The notes under the pieces were generated by a model that saw only the letters and a program-made list of their open reading frames with translations, was not told the DNA's origin and did not search any database. Positions 1-12,747 of a DNA stretch of 64,000 nt are shown here, in pieces. The translations under genes were made by a program, and so were the position numbers. Every line of letters begins with the position of its first letter. Positions within the stretch are counted from its first letter, which is position 1. This DNA comes from Macrostomum lignano. Its lineage: Eukaryota. Location: contig NIVC01000293.1 in the NCBI GenBank assembly GCA_002269645.1, forward strand, positions 124,001 through 188,000, given 5' to 3'.

Positions 1-1836
1 AGAAAAAGTAATAACTTAGATGTACAGCTCGTCAAAAATCAAACTGAACTGCAAACAAGCAAACTCTAAAGTGCAAATAAAACGGAAGATTTTTAACTTA
101 TTTTATAAATTTTTTGCATAAACATAAATTTGACTAAGCAAACATAAACTTTAGTAGACTTGCAGATACAGAAATAACTTCATATTTTACTTTCAAGACC
201 ATACTATCACTAAAAACCAGCCAAAGCAATACAGTGAGTGACATCTCCGGTGGATATTAGTGACTGCTTTTCAGAAAATACTCGTACAAAAAAATACGGA
301 AAAACTGCTTTGAGTTTTGAGTTTTTAGTAAAATACACTGAACTTCAGATTATTTATGATCGATGGGCACGTCAAAAAAAGTCGAAGGTTGAAACCGCTT
401 AACCACAGCTATGGATAATACTATATTAAAACAGCCAACAAACAAAAACTGTCTGTTCATATAAACTTAAATTATGCTCTTTCTTTCCGATAGATTTTAA
501 ACATTGTCATTAATCTTGCTATGAGTAGCAGTATCTGAAACGAGGTAATAGCTCAATATTCACCAACAGAAACGCGCCCAAGGAGTCGGTAACAAAATGG
601 CATCTGCACAATAACAACGAAACAGCTTCTGGAATTTAAATAGGCTCCGCAGCCGATAATATAGTAGGCGACAGTATTCGTACTACACTGTGCACCAGCT
701 TGACTATTGTGATTCAATTTAAAACCAGAGTTTGACAGAGTGAAACTTTTTAACTGCTGCCCTGAGACATTCTCGGCTGGTCTGCCCATGAGGTTTGCTT
801 ATTATGTAAGCTTGATACGAAAAATCGGACATATTTGCAACAGAATGTTCATAGTCACTTGGTGTAACCTGTTGAAGGTGCCGACGGCGTCCGGGTGTTG
901 ACGGAATGCTCAACAGACTAGCTGAGGATGTCCAGCAGTTGATTCTTGCCCGCTGTCGAGGCTTGATCAGTGAATCTAGAGAAATTCTAATCAGGCTGTC
1001 CATAGTCACCTGGTGTCATCTGTTGAAGGTCCAGAAGCTCCGCCTGGGTGAAGGCTAGTGACCAACAAAGACAGAGCTAATGCAGACACATGTGGTCGAC
1101 GTGCTGTTGAAATTTGGAGACTTGGCAAGGCTGCACTGAGGCGCAGTGCTGATTGGCGCACAGGGGTGTACCGAATACACTAGCGCTAATGGGAAAAATC
1201 CGACCTTCAGGTAGAATCGTCGAATATCTCGACGGTCCGGAGGGCTGGCGACTTGATTCTTGTTTGAGAATGTGCGCAACAAAAAGTTAGTCCGTGTTCT
1301 TGAATTTCGTGTGCCTGCGTTGCTTCGTTCGGCGCAGCAAAAAAATTGTCTTTGATTTCCCCCCCCCCTCTTGGTAGTTCTACTGTTAATTGGTCTTCAG
1401 TTCACTTTAGAATCAATCAATGCAATACAGTAGCCATTGGCGAAAGTCTGCTGGCGTAGTGACAACTTACATTATGTTAAAACGCATTTCCGATAAATAC
1501 ATTTAAATGGTTTAAATCCTGACCAATTTAAAAAATATACCGGGCTTGATGACCAACATATCAAAAAGAAGACGCCGTTTGAGAACAAATGACCGGAAAA
1601 GATCTTAAGATCTTAAAAATCTCAAAACATCTAAAAAATTGCAAGCAAAATTGTGGGGTTTTGTTGTACGCTCGTAGATGTTGCAGTTAGCTTCATCGAT
1701 AAAGCTACTTGTCTTCGATAAATTTTAAACTGTGTCGTTAGTTAGCTTTTTCGAAATGATACCTTACTAGAGTAAAGTAAAAGTCTGAACAAAACTGCAT
1801 AACAGCGACTGGATTAACCAATAGAAACGCGCCAAA
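1..1836. repeat. Segmental duplication, near-identical to ~19900-21640
   Basis: Colinear match by eye, e.g. gatgtacagctcgtc(a/c)aaaatcaaactgaactgcaaacaagc at both starts and ggattaaccaatagaaacgcgccaaa at both ends; one ~100-bp indel near 440-535. Confidence 0.95.
553..772 (-). pseudogene. 3' fragment of array family gene (copy P0), fused to unrelated upstream sequence
   Basis: Translation SGQQLKSFTLSNSGF...IIGCGAYLNSRSCFVVIVQMPFCYRLLGRVSVGEY* aligns with the C-terminus of 12748-14331 (SGQRLRSLSLSTSGF...LLGRVSIG). No similarity seen upstream of ~775. Confidence 0.85.
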
Positions 1837-2204
1837 CAGTGGTGGGACTGAGAGGCAACCATTTTTTCGCGCCATTAAAAAATATTCGCGCCGTCCGAAA
1901 TTTCCTGCCCAGTGCCCCGCACTACTAAATTTCCTTTTATGCAGCCTTGGGGTCCCTTGTTACGAGCGTATAGTTAATTAATGGTCTATTATAAATATTT
2001 TTTTAATATCGTAAATTACGATCTTACGAATTTACTCTAATGAATGAAGTGGACACTTTTAACGAAGTTTTGACAGAGCGTCACGTTTATTTGTCATTGT
2101 CGCAAAGTAGATATACTTTTTTCGTGAAACACAAGTCCTCTCACTCACTTTCAGAAGTTTCAGTATTCGTGGTTCAGGCTCGTAGCAAAAGAAGCAGAAT
2201 AAGA

Positions 2205-2474
2205 GGTTGTATGTAAAAGACGAAGCAGATCAGATCGGTATGGAATACGGATCCATCCGTACATTGAAAGTAATGGGACCACGGATCAGTCAAAAGTATA
2301 ATAACAAATATTTAAAAACATTCTTAGTATTGGCACTTGACAGTTCTTTACATAAAATGGCATCTGCTTTCTTGCTTATTTGACTTTTGAGAAAAAAAAT
2401 CGACTTTAACACTAAATTTCGCTTATCCGTAGATCCGATGTAGATTCGATCCGCTCCGTCTTTTACATACCACC
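2205..2474. mobile_element. 270-bp MITE nested in the hAT element
   Basis: 27-bp TIRs GGTTGTATGTAAAAGACGAAGCAGATC vs GGTGGTATGTAAAAGACGGAGCGGATC (reverse complement of right end). Perfect 8-bp TSD GAATAAGA at 2197-2204 and 2475-2482. Confidence 0.9.
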
Positions 2475-2590
2475 GAATAAGATGATAAGAAATTTTATTC
2501 CTACTTATATGCGCATTAAATTCACTGTGATAACCAGTTCTAAACACAGTAGCATGGAGTCACATGGAGCATGATTGCATGAAGCGCACA

Positions 2591-4095
2591 TCAATTGTGT
2601 CTGAACTTTTTCTGCATAATACCTGCAGGCAGAGGAGTTGACACCGACTGCTCAACAGCCCGTCGCTTGAGAATGCTTTGCGCCAGTTTCTCAGACTCCT
2701 TCATCTTCTTTCGTTGCAGCTTCTCTTGTTGCTGCCGTAGTTCTTCGAGCTCCTGGTCCCTTGCTTCCTTGACCTTTGAAGACTCCGACAACAGCCGCTG
2801 AGCATCATCTCGCTGTTTCTGCTTCTGCTTGATCGCATCTGCCGTCGCATTGATAGACTTTTCCAAGTCACCATACACCTTGCTGGCACTCTTCTCACTT
2901 TGCAGCTCCATCAAAACTCGCTTCTCGAGCTCCTCTCGCTTCCGCTGTTCGTCCGCAGCCTTCTCCTCTTCCAGTCGTCGCCGATATGCAGCATCAGCAC
3001 TGGCGCACAAATTCTTCAGCCTCAAGGAGACTGGCAGTGTAGCAGCTGACCAATGCTTTGTCTGTAGGCAGGACCGCGAAACAACGAGTGCCTTGATGGT
3101 CTGCGTCCCCAGGCTGGAGCGTTTTTTCGTCACAACATCGTTTAAGTTACTAAAAATACGCTCAACTTCAGCATTGCCATGAGGCAAGACAGCTAACACT
3201 CGTGCTTTGCGCATCAGTAGAGGGCGGTTGCCAGCAGTGGCGACTTTGCTCCAGAAGTCAGTCACTGTCTCATTTGCGACTTCAGCATCACCATTGAGCA
3301 GATCGTGCTGATGAAGGCGAGCCTCGACCCGCAGGCTGTCAATATCGGCTTCTGGTACAATTGTAGGCAGCTGACTGGCTACAGTGGTAGCCCAGTGAAC
3401 GAAATGACTGTTAGATTTCTTTTTGGGGTCCAGAAGTTGGCATGCACGGAGGACTGGACTGCCAAGCGGCAAATATTCGAACAGCTTCTCGGTCCCCTTC
3501 TTAAAGAATGCCTTCACTGACTTCAAGCAAACCTGCTGGTCAGTCGCAGACATGTCTGCGAAGAGGCGCCTGGCAGGCTCACCGATGGCAATGCGAAGAG
3601 GCAGCCAGACAGTCATCCTTGACATCAAGCTTCCAGAATTTGACTGGCAGCTTTTCAGGAGCCACAAAGCACAAAAGCCAGCGGCGCGTCAGATCATTTA
3701 GTTGTGGGTAAAGGCGATGGATCTGGGTTCCTTCCTGCTGAAACAGCAACTCAAACTGCTGAAAGGGTTGCAGTACTTCAGCAAGAAAGTGCAGAAAGAA
3801 TTGCACTTTTGGATCTTGCACGTCAGCCTTCATGCTGGCAAAGTTTTCACCATGAGGTCGCGACTCGGAGAAGTACCGAATGAGCGGTTGAAGAAGTTGT
3901 AGCACGCGCTGCACAACAGACAGGAGCTGAAGCCATCTAGTTTCAACAGGCCGAAGGAAGACAAGCTTTTTAATTTCGTCAAACTCAGTGGCGATAGCAT
4001 GCAGCTTATCGCAGTCCGTGGTGGAGAATTTGAAATGGCAGTAAACATTGCGGACCAAAGTTTCCACGCGGAGACCCAACTCAGAAGCGTCGCAA
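2591..4095 (-). pseudogene. hAT transposase, N-terminally truncated, one frameshift near 3610
   Basis: Frames 3579-4079 and 2591-3667 join into a hAT-like protein: FLRPVETRWLQL (TRW motif) and VLPHGNAEVERIFS...KKRSSL (C-terminal dimerization region with catalytic E), then a charged coiled-coil tail. No N-terminal part or ATG. Confidence 0.85.
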
Positions 4096-4430
4096 GCGTC
4101 GCAAGCGTCACAAATGCCTACCTACCTACCTACCTACCTCGTAGTTACCTCCTAGCGAGTCACCACACTATATTTTGTGCAAAAAAACAGAGCTAGTGGA
4201 GTTATATTTATGTTCTGTAGGGAAGCTAAGAATGCAACCGTTCATACATCTTGCTCGATACAAGCCCAGAGCCACACTTGAAAGAAAATGAAGTTGCAGC
4301 ATAAACCGCACACACTAAATATAAATCCGCGCCATTCACACCTCAAAATCCGCACCACACCTGAAAAATCGCGTATTCGCGCCATCTTTACTGAAATTCG
4401 CGCCAGGCGCGAATTCGCGCCTCAGTCCCA

Positions 4431-5924
4431 TTACTGGCGCCAAAGGAGTCGGTGACTGCATGACCTGTGCACAAGAAGAACGAAACAGCTTGTGGAATCT
4501 AGGTAGGCACCGCTGCAGATTATAGATTGGCAGGTGGTATTGTAATTGCCCTGTCGACAAGTTTGGCAATAGTTTACGTAGTTGAAACCCGAGTTTGTCA
4601 GACTGAAACTTTTCAACCGCTGCCCTGAGCTGCTCACAATAACAGCATTTCCATTAGTTTCGAACACTGCAATCAATCCAGAGTCAATGACAGCGACACA
4701 AAAGTTCTGACTGTCCATCAGCTTCTTCACACCACCGGTGCTGATGTTTAATCGGTGTACAGCTGATGGGGTGGACAGTATTAAGCCGCGTCCTGAAACT
4801 GCTACACTCCGAGCGTCCTTCACATGATCGGGCAGCGTCAAGCTCTGCTGCAGCTCAAGCGACTCCAGAGAGAGACAGTTTACGCAACCGTTGCTGAGAA
4901 TGTACAGCTTCTCCATGTCATGAGTGAGACTTATTGGAGCTTGGCACTGCATATTCTGGACACTTCGCAACTGGGTGCCAGTCAGATCAGTCACAAATAG
5001 GGACTGATTGGTTCCAAGAAGAAATATCTGCTGAAGATGATCAACAAGTGTGCCTGAAGCTAACTGCACTCCGTTGTTACCAACGTTCCACTGGCTGATA
5101 ATTTGCATGTCTGAATTATAGACCTTGAAAAAACAATCCTGCGAATTATTACCCACACAAAAAGTGCTTCTGCTAGGGAGAGCTTCAAATCCGTTTTGCT
5201 TTGTCTTCGTGACTGCTTGAGCTGAGAAATAGTATCCAGCAGTATTGGTGCAAACAGCAGCGAGAATATAGGAACGGTTGGCCAATTTAGGCGCAATTTT
5301 TACAGTGGGCACGGCAGAGTCAAGTCTAGCTTTTAGTTTCTTATCCTCTGGATCCTCTGCCTCATCTGCAAAAGTCCTAACAGCTTGTTGCAATCTCAGT
5401 ACCTGGTGCACACTGTTGTCTACCGGATCGACAAACTCTTCTGATATCGGGACATCCTCAAGCGAGATCTGGACCTCTTGATGCAGCCTGAATCCTTTAG
5501 TTGAAACACCTTTGGCTTCCTCCTCGCCGATCTCGACCGAAAGTTTCTCTATGAAACTGAGAGCTTTCAAGTTTCGTTCCACATTGTCTATTTTGGAGTC
5601 CAATCTGCTCATCACATTTTCTCTGCACTGCTGCAATCTCTGAAAGATGGCGTCAAACAGATCAGCGGCCTCAGCTTTGTCGCTGGTCAGTTCAAACAGA
5701 GCTCCCTGGTTTGCTTTCAAGAGTTTATCTGTTTTCGATAATACCTCAGTGTTCTCTGATTTAATATCGGCGTATCTCTTTGCGAAAATCTTTTCATCTT
5801 TAGCGAGATGTCGCTTGCAGAGTTGCCCGTTCCAGTATGTTCCAAGACCTGACGAAGGCTCTGTGCAATGCGTCATGGTGCACGTCTGTGCATCTTATTC
5901 TGCATCGACGCTTTCAGTTGCCAT
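4431..5924 (-). CDS. Array family copy A1 (Zn-motif/coiled-coil/predicted beta-propeller), damaged at both ends
   Basis: Homologous ATG at 5924, but codon 10 is TAA (5895-5897); next in-frame ATG at 5876 opens 481 codons. The C-terminal VSIG is replaced by Q* by the hAT insertion; the displaced tail codons lie at ~1816-1836. Confidence 0.8.
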
Positions 5925-7997
5925 AGCTGCAAAGAGAAAACGTTAGGTATTGAACATACGAGTAATACTAATAATAACAATACTAAATGCTAATCGCTGC
6001 TGAAGTTGTTATAGGATTGATTGTTTATAAAGAAAGAATTTTTATACATGCAAGGGCTTGGGCTTGCTACCATACCATGCTGTACTGCATCGGAACCTCT
6101 CATTGCTTAATGCTTTCGGTTGGTATTGAGGTTGTACATATTTTTGCATCTAAGAATGCAAAAAATTGTCATGATTTGATGGGAAGCATTGATTCGGTGT
6201 TGAGACACTTAAGCTCCTCGGAAAGGGCTCAGTATTTCACTAAAATCCAGAGAGTTTTAATAAATTTGATGCTTATAAATGAAAACTATCTAAGAATTTA
6301 GAAAGTCATTAGCCTGACAGTTTTCATATCGTATAATCATGATAATAATTACAAAAAGTGAAAATGGGTTACCTAGTACATGTACCTAACTAAAATGAGC
6401 CCACATTTAAACTATAATGGTTACTAATTATTCAAATAACTAAGAAATGGCGATAAAAACGTTTGAAAAGAGAATTTTTTGTTACGCTATCTGCCAGTTT
6501 ATATATTGTGATTCAGAAAATACAAACTTGAAAACATATAGCAATAATTATAGTAAGGACAATAATATACCAACGGTAGATACAATCGAAGGGCGACATT
6601 TTTCATGAAAAAATAGACGAGCAAGACTGTGGAATCATAGCAAAACTTGCGAGTACTGGAACAAAAACAGAAATGCGTTAAGGTTCAAGAACAGTAAAGC
6701 AAGCTATAAAACATTATTTTAATTGTCGCTTAATTTCAGCACTAGATATTACAAAGTCGGTAAACATCAGAGTTTACTACCATCGAACTTCGAAATCTGA
6801 AGTTTTTTGAAGAAGGCTTCCTCACTCACAACCAAAAGCCCCCTGCTGCTTGCGCAAAAAAATTTCTGCCAACGCAAGGACCAAAATTTTCGAATATACG
6901 CGCACTTTCTATAGAGATTGGGATTGGTTGCTTGCACAAATTTATGTCAAGTGAGATTTTGTTAATATGAAGTTTATGAGATCATAAATTTTGACATCGT
7001 TAAGTCAGGCGATTTAACAAGTTGAAAAGTTATGGAGTGTGAAACCAACAACCTTCAGACAAGAGAGGTAAATACCTACGGCACATAGGTAGGTAGCAAC
7101 CTAACAAAACTTTCCTCATGACCTTTCTGTTATTTGAGTACCTTAACAGGTCGTTATCGAAAGTGATATATGGAATTAATAAGAATCATATGGCCACAAA
7201 ATTCTGGATTAACTGCTCAAAACTAGAAAAATAACTATTAAAATAATTTTCTAACTTCTAGACCAAAGCTATATATTTATGCATATCTATACGCTTGTAT
7301 AATGGAAAACGATTCTAAACAACAATTGGGTACTTAAAAAATAATAGCATAAACGTTAAATAGTTTCCGACAGTAGTAAAGTAGAAAAAGCTGTAGCATG
7401 TCTTAGTGAATACTTTCGGAAAATTTTGGGAATGCCAACACCACATTCCTAGCATAAAAGTATGTTTTCACATTGGTAACACTAAGATAGCACCGGACAT
7501 CGTGTTGGCTTATTTATCAATTAGAGTGAGCAAACAAAAGTACATATTAAAAATCCCAAACACCAATCGTCTTCTGTTCTAAATTGGACAGCTTAATTTA
7601 AAAAAGCATAAGAGCTATGCAGAAAGGTTGAAATGCTGAAATAAGATGGAATCTAAGGTTTATACTCATGCACACAGCCAGTAGCGTAGCCAAGGTCAAG
7701 AGGGGCTTAGAGTCCTGACAGAAAAGCTGATAGGAACATGAATTTCTAATAGCCAATGAATAACGCAAGTTTTTATAAGGTACAAAAACACTAAAGTTGT
7801 ATGGACTATAGAAATTCCTATTAATCTTATTTGTACCGCCATTCAGCTATATCGGCTGTCTCAACACAAAGCCAAGAGATCAAACTAGAAATGTATTGAC
7901 ACTCCCTATCATCAAATAAGTTTAAAACTCGGTAGCCCAGTTGAAAAAAACTTTCACTGTTTACAAAGTTTTAGTACTAGTAGGGCTGACTGACTTC
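5925..7997. repeat. Duplicated intergenic block, homologous to ~26570-29338
   Basis: Shared segments such as gcttgctaccataccatgctgtactgcatcg, agtcctgacagaaaagctgataggaacatg and gacactccctatca; the second copy carries extra SINE and MITE insertions. Confidence 0.9.
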
Positions 7998-8059
7998 TGA
8001 TATCAACCGAAAGTTTCTCTGCACAGCTGAGAGACCTCTGGATCTGCTCCATATCTGCA

Positions 8060-8416
8060 ATATTCGAGTCTAATCTACCAAGCAAGCACTTTCTCCCTGC
8101 ACTCATTCACTCTTTCAAGGACATCATCAAACAGGTCAGCCGCCTCAGCCCGGTCAGTCGTCAGCTCGAATTAAGCAGCTTTAGCGCGGTTTGTGAGCTG
8201 CAAAACACTAGCGAGTATCGAATTAGTTTCCTTCTTAATGCTGGCGAACCGACTTTTAAACTGATGTTTGTCACTCTCCAGATGCTCAGCGCAGAGGCCG
8301 GCCCAATAGTGTCCGCGGCCCGAAGCCGGGCTCTGGCAGTGGCTGAGGCTGCACAGTCGGCTTGCTGGTCGATCCTGCTCGTCGCTTGTTGCGCTTGATT
8401 TACGTTTTGTTGCCAT
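8060..8416 (-). pseudogene. Array family copy B1, 5' fragment with in-frame stop
   Basis: MATKRKSS...LCSLSHCQSPASGRGHYWAGLCAEHL...NRAKAA*FELTTDRAEAADLFDDVLE matches the family N-terminus; TAA at 8171-8173; similarity lost near 8060. Confidence 0.85.
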
Positions 8417-9750
8417 CGCTGTAACGTTTATCTGCATAGTTTTTACAAAAAATTGAATTTTATGGTGTTAATCGAAAAGTAATTTACCGAAAACAGCTAA
8501 AAAATTAAACAATATTTCTCCAATTTTAGCCATATCATCAGTTAGCACCAAAATTCACATTTTTTCTACACACCAATAGTTAATATCATATGTATCACAC
8601 TGGGGACAATTCAGACTAGGGACAATTTTGTCTATGGCTAAAACTTGCTTCGGTTGCATAATGTTTTGAACTGGGGTTTGTTGTCCCAGTCTGAATTGTC
8701 TGAATTGAATTTTCGCTAGTTTTTTTAGAACTGGACTTTGTTCAAAATTGAACGTGAAAAGTGTTTTACTTCCGTCACAAGTTGTCGTTATATGTTAAAT
8801 TTGTTATTTCTAGGAAAACACTAAATCCAGAATCTTAGTCTAGGACTCCTTGAATTATGCAAGTAGTCCTGGTAGCAGTGTCGAGTGGCAAACACTGGTC
8901 TACATGTACTTTAATTTATTGATTATTACTAAATTTCTATACTTATTTATCCAGTCCTAAGTACAGGCTGTCCTGGGAAGGAGTTGCCCGACTAATCGAC
9001 CGCTTGTTTGCTTCTTACAGCTTTTCTCTCTTTCTGCTTTCTAGATACTGAGCCAACACGATTTGCTTTCTTAAAAACCGAATCAGAGAAACGGCGAACG
9101 AAGGAAAAACTGCCCGAAAACGCTTGTATTTATAGTCTTGATAACGGAGGATGGGTGCGAGGGTCGTGAATAAACAATTTTCTTTAAACTATTATAACAA
9201 AAATAACTTCCCCGAATATAAAAATCGAACTATTCAAACAAATATCCTATTTAAACAAATTTGTAACTAAGCATAATTTGGCGGGAATTTAAAAGATAGA
9301 TGTGCGCTAATATTAAAATAACGAGCCTGCCTCAGCTGAAATGCATAATTCGACAGACTGCCACTAATTGTCACTCAATAGATTGGTCACCTTTTAACTG
9401 GAGTTACATACAAGTGTAATAGCTGATAACAATGTATTAACGAAATGAGGTGAAAATAAACCAGCTTTAAAGGAAATCCGGTCAGTACTGTCTGTTTTTG
9501 AGACGGTTGACAGCTAGAGTACTGTGTATTTTAGCTAAGTAAAATTCAAAAAAGGTTTTGTGAAGAAAGCTGCACCAAAATAAATACAAGCGTAAAAGTA
9601 AACGATACATGTAACATTAAAGACTGACTAGATTAAAAGCGAAAAATGTCACAACTACCAACAAAAAATCAAATAATAATTAGCTCAAATTTTGCAAAAA
9701 AACAAGGTGTACCACAAATCTATTATTACTGCAAGTGCAGGTAACTAATA

Positions 9751-10365
9751 CTTTTTTTATTAGAGGCAGGGGGGTTGTGTGCACCCTGGCGCACTTTAAG
9801 CGACATAGGCACACAACCGGCGAGAGGCATTACTGCCCATTCCGCCGACTCCCCTGAGCAGGCATACAAGCGCGCGGATACGTACGCAGACACACACTCA
9901 CACAGAAGTGTACAGCGGCCCTAACTTTATTTTATTGTTAGGCATGTACACTTCACTGCGCCTTGGGTAGGGGTGTAGCCAGGAATTTTGATTGGGGGGG
10001 GGCCGTGAGTTAGGGGGCGCCAGTTTCTTTTAGGGGGGGGGGGGCGCCAGTTTCTTTTAGGGGGGGGGCGCCAGTTTCTTATAGGGGGGGGGGTCGCCAG
10101 TTTCTTTTAGGGGGGGGGGGCGCCAAGGCCAGAGTTGGTGATTGGGGGGGGGGCCACGGCCCCCCTTGCCCCCTCTGGCTACGCCCCTGGCCTTGGGGGG
10201 TTGGCTCTCAAGGCCGTTAATTGCACGAGCAGAGCCATGCTGAGATTCCAATTCAGCCCAAATTAATGTGACTGCACTTGGAATCGAGCCTGGGTCGCTG
10301 GCACACCAGAGCAGCTGCGCTACCGCTGGGCTACGCTGGGCTACCGCTGGGCCACCCCCCCCCCC
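9751..10365 (-). mobile_element. tRNA-derived SINE (family 1), interrupted by a MITE
   Basis: Reverse complement of 27820-28175. Head with A-box-like TGGCCCAGCGG and B-box-like GGCTCGATTCC; A-tail appears as the T-run at 9752-9758; flanking direct repeat CAGGTAACTA at 9738-9747 and 10366-10375. Confidence 0.8.
9968..10189. mobile_element. 222-bp hAT-type MITE inside SINE
   Basis: TIRs TAGGGGTGTAGCCAG / CAGGGGCGTAGCCAG (reverse complement), 8-bp TSD GCCTTGGG at 9960-9967 and 10190-10197, internal tandem GnCGCCAGTTTCTT units. Absent from the second SINE copy. Confidence 0.9.
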
Positions 10366-10851
10366 CAGGTAACTACTAGCTAATGCAGTACACTTTCTCG
10401 ATAAATAGAAACCAAGCAAGCAAACACCACAAAGCTAATCTAAAACCAAGCTGAAAAAATTAATACAGACGTTAAAGACCAAGCACAACTAATCGTAGTT
10501 CAAAAAGCTAGGTTTAGCTATTTTGACTGGCAATAATTGGCGTAACGAGGATTTTAATGTAAAGGCAGAAATAAATGGAACCCAGACCAAACCGGTTAGA
10601 TTCGATAGCTGGTCGGACCAGTTGACTATAAACGCCGTAACATCCCGTCTGGGTCCCTCAACTTCAGGTCTCTAGCAGCAGAGTGACCCTGATGCATTTA
10701 AATCGGACTGGAATGGACGGTCAAAAGCATGCACGTCTTCTGGTGAAGCCGAGAACGTAGCATCCCCAGCTTGGGATGTCCAATATTTCACGTGTCTCAC
10801 TACAGCAGTATGCAGTTGGGAAGGCAGCTACTCATCTTGTGTCCTAAAATA

Positions 10852-11415
10852 GGGACGCTTTCATAAGACCTAAATTTCACAACGCCTAAAACCACCACAC
10901 TTCACAACGCCTAAAACCACCACACTTCACAACGCCTAAAACCACCACACTTCACAACGCCTAAAACCACCACACTTCACAACGCCTAAAATATTTGCAC
11001 GCTCTTTCACATCGCCTAAATTTCATATCGACTAAATTTCACAACGCCTAAAATCAAAAGTGCAGCCCCCTTCACATCGCCTAAATTTCACATCGCCTAA
11101 ATTTCACATCGCCTAAATTTCATATCGCCTAAATTTCACAACGCCTAAAATCTTTGCTTCTCTCCTTCACATTCAGTTTTAGGTGTTGTGAAATTTAGGC
11201 GATATGAAATTTAGGCGTTGTGAAGGAGGCTGCATTTTCGATTTTAGGCGATATGAAATTTAGGCGATTTGAAGTAGGATGCATTTTCGGTTTTAGGCGT
11301 TATGAAATTTAGGCGATGTGAAGGAGCGTGCAGAAATTTTAGGCGTTATGAAATTTAGGTGATGTGAAGTCATGTGCTTTAGGCGTTGTGAAATTTAGGT
11401 CTTATGAAGTGCCCC
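10852..11415. mobile_element. Foldback-type MITE built of inverted tandem arrays, 9-bp TSD (Mutator-like by TSD length)
   Basis: Left half repeats TTCACAACGCCTAAA, right half its reverse complement. Termini GGGACGCTTTCATAAGACCTAAATTTCAC / GGGGCACTTCATAAGACCTAAATTTCAC; CCTAAAATA duplicated at 10843-10851 and 11416-11424. Confidence 0.8.
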
Positions 11416-12747
11416 CCTAAAATATGGAGTATGGAGCAAGCTAAATGACAAAAGAGTTCAAAGGAATTTATTGGTTTATGAGCAATTAATAATAACATTA
11501 GTAGCCCTGTTTTAGAAGTAGAGGCCTATGGAATTATCTGCGAGCATGTTTACTAACCATCATCAAAGCCAAGTAATCTAAAAAACACCATTGCGCTTTA
11601 TCATTAAGATAATAATTGCACGCATAATATTTAAATTAAATGAATCAAACACAAAAATTCAATTGTGATTTGCTATACAGGCTGCAGATTGTTAAGCAGA
11701 CTTGCTGATCATAAAAAGGACACGGGGATGGGATATACCGGCGTTTCTATGGGGCGTTTGGTGCATTTAAGTTTCACCCCAGCATATAATTTGACATCCG
11801 CTCCTTTATTCAAATTCCTTTATGCGAAAATTGTCCATATGGTAAATGGAAATAGTATACGAGTACACCAAAAGCATAAAGGCGGGTGAACGGAAAAAGA
11901 TGTGGGAATTGTAAAAAATATTTTACCATTTAATATTGCCGAATAAATATGTATAGGAATGTTACCAGTTAAAACACTTGAGATTACTAAAATCACAGTT
12001 TTGAAAATCTATTACAACCTGTTCTGTCAATATAAACACGATGGCTTCGCCGCAACGGGAAATATGGTTAGAAGCAATGACAGCACAATTAAGCACCCGC
12101 TTAACTCATTGCCTAAAGCAAACAGACAGCATGTAGATAGCATACATCTCTCACTGGATAATGCCAAGAAACAAGTTTAACATAGATGTTTAGTTCGTCA
12201 GAAATCAAATTGGCCAACAAACTCAAACGCAAGAATAAAGCGAAAGCTTTGCGACTCGTCTTGAAAAATTTGCATGAACAAATCTAAGTAAGAAACATAA
12301 ATTTCAATATATGCAAGCTCGTAGCAACCAAGTTATGTTATTAGTAAAATAACGACAGAAGAATGGCAAATAAATTGAGAACTTACTGTGTTACTTTTAG
12401 GATCTCAAATTAACTCAGAACCAGCATGGGCCAATGAAATGCAGTGGTAACTATAGGGAGTCTCGGGGCGTAGTAATACACTATGTCAAAAAGCCTTTTT
12501 AATGAATATATAAATATAATTTAATTCAAGGACAGAACTGCTGACAGTTTTTAAAGGGAATAAACCTTTGATCATTTATGAGTATGACGAACATAAAAAA
12601 TTGGACACATGCTTTAAAACTTAATAACCGCAAAACATACGGTTCATGTGTCCGATAAATTTTAGACAGGGTCCTTAGTCACAATACTCGAAATCATACA
12701 TTTCTAGAGTAAAAGAATCTGAAAAAAACCAGCTAGCAGCTACATAA

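Larger units (their letters stand above)
1837..4436 (-). mobile_element. hAT DNA transposon, internally deleted, 2600 bp
   Basis: TIRs CAGTGGTGGGACTGAG (1837-1852) and CTCAGTCCCATTACTG (4421-4436), 14/16 match. Perfect 8-bp TSD GCGCCAAA at 1829-1836 and 4437-4444. Empty site visible in the paralog at ~21633-21642. Confidence 0.95.

Noticed and set aside
8605-8700. ~20-bp inverted repeat pair
   Set aside because: Probably a small MITE remnant, but no TSD or second copy, so not called.
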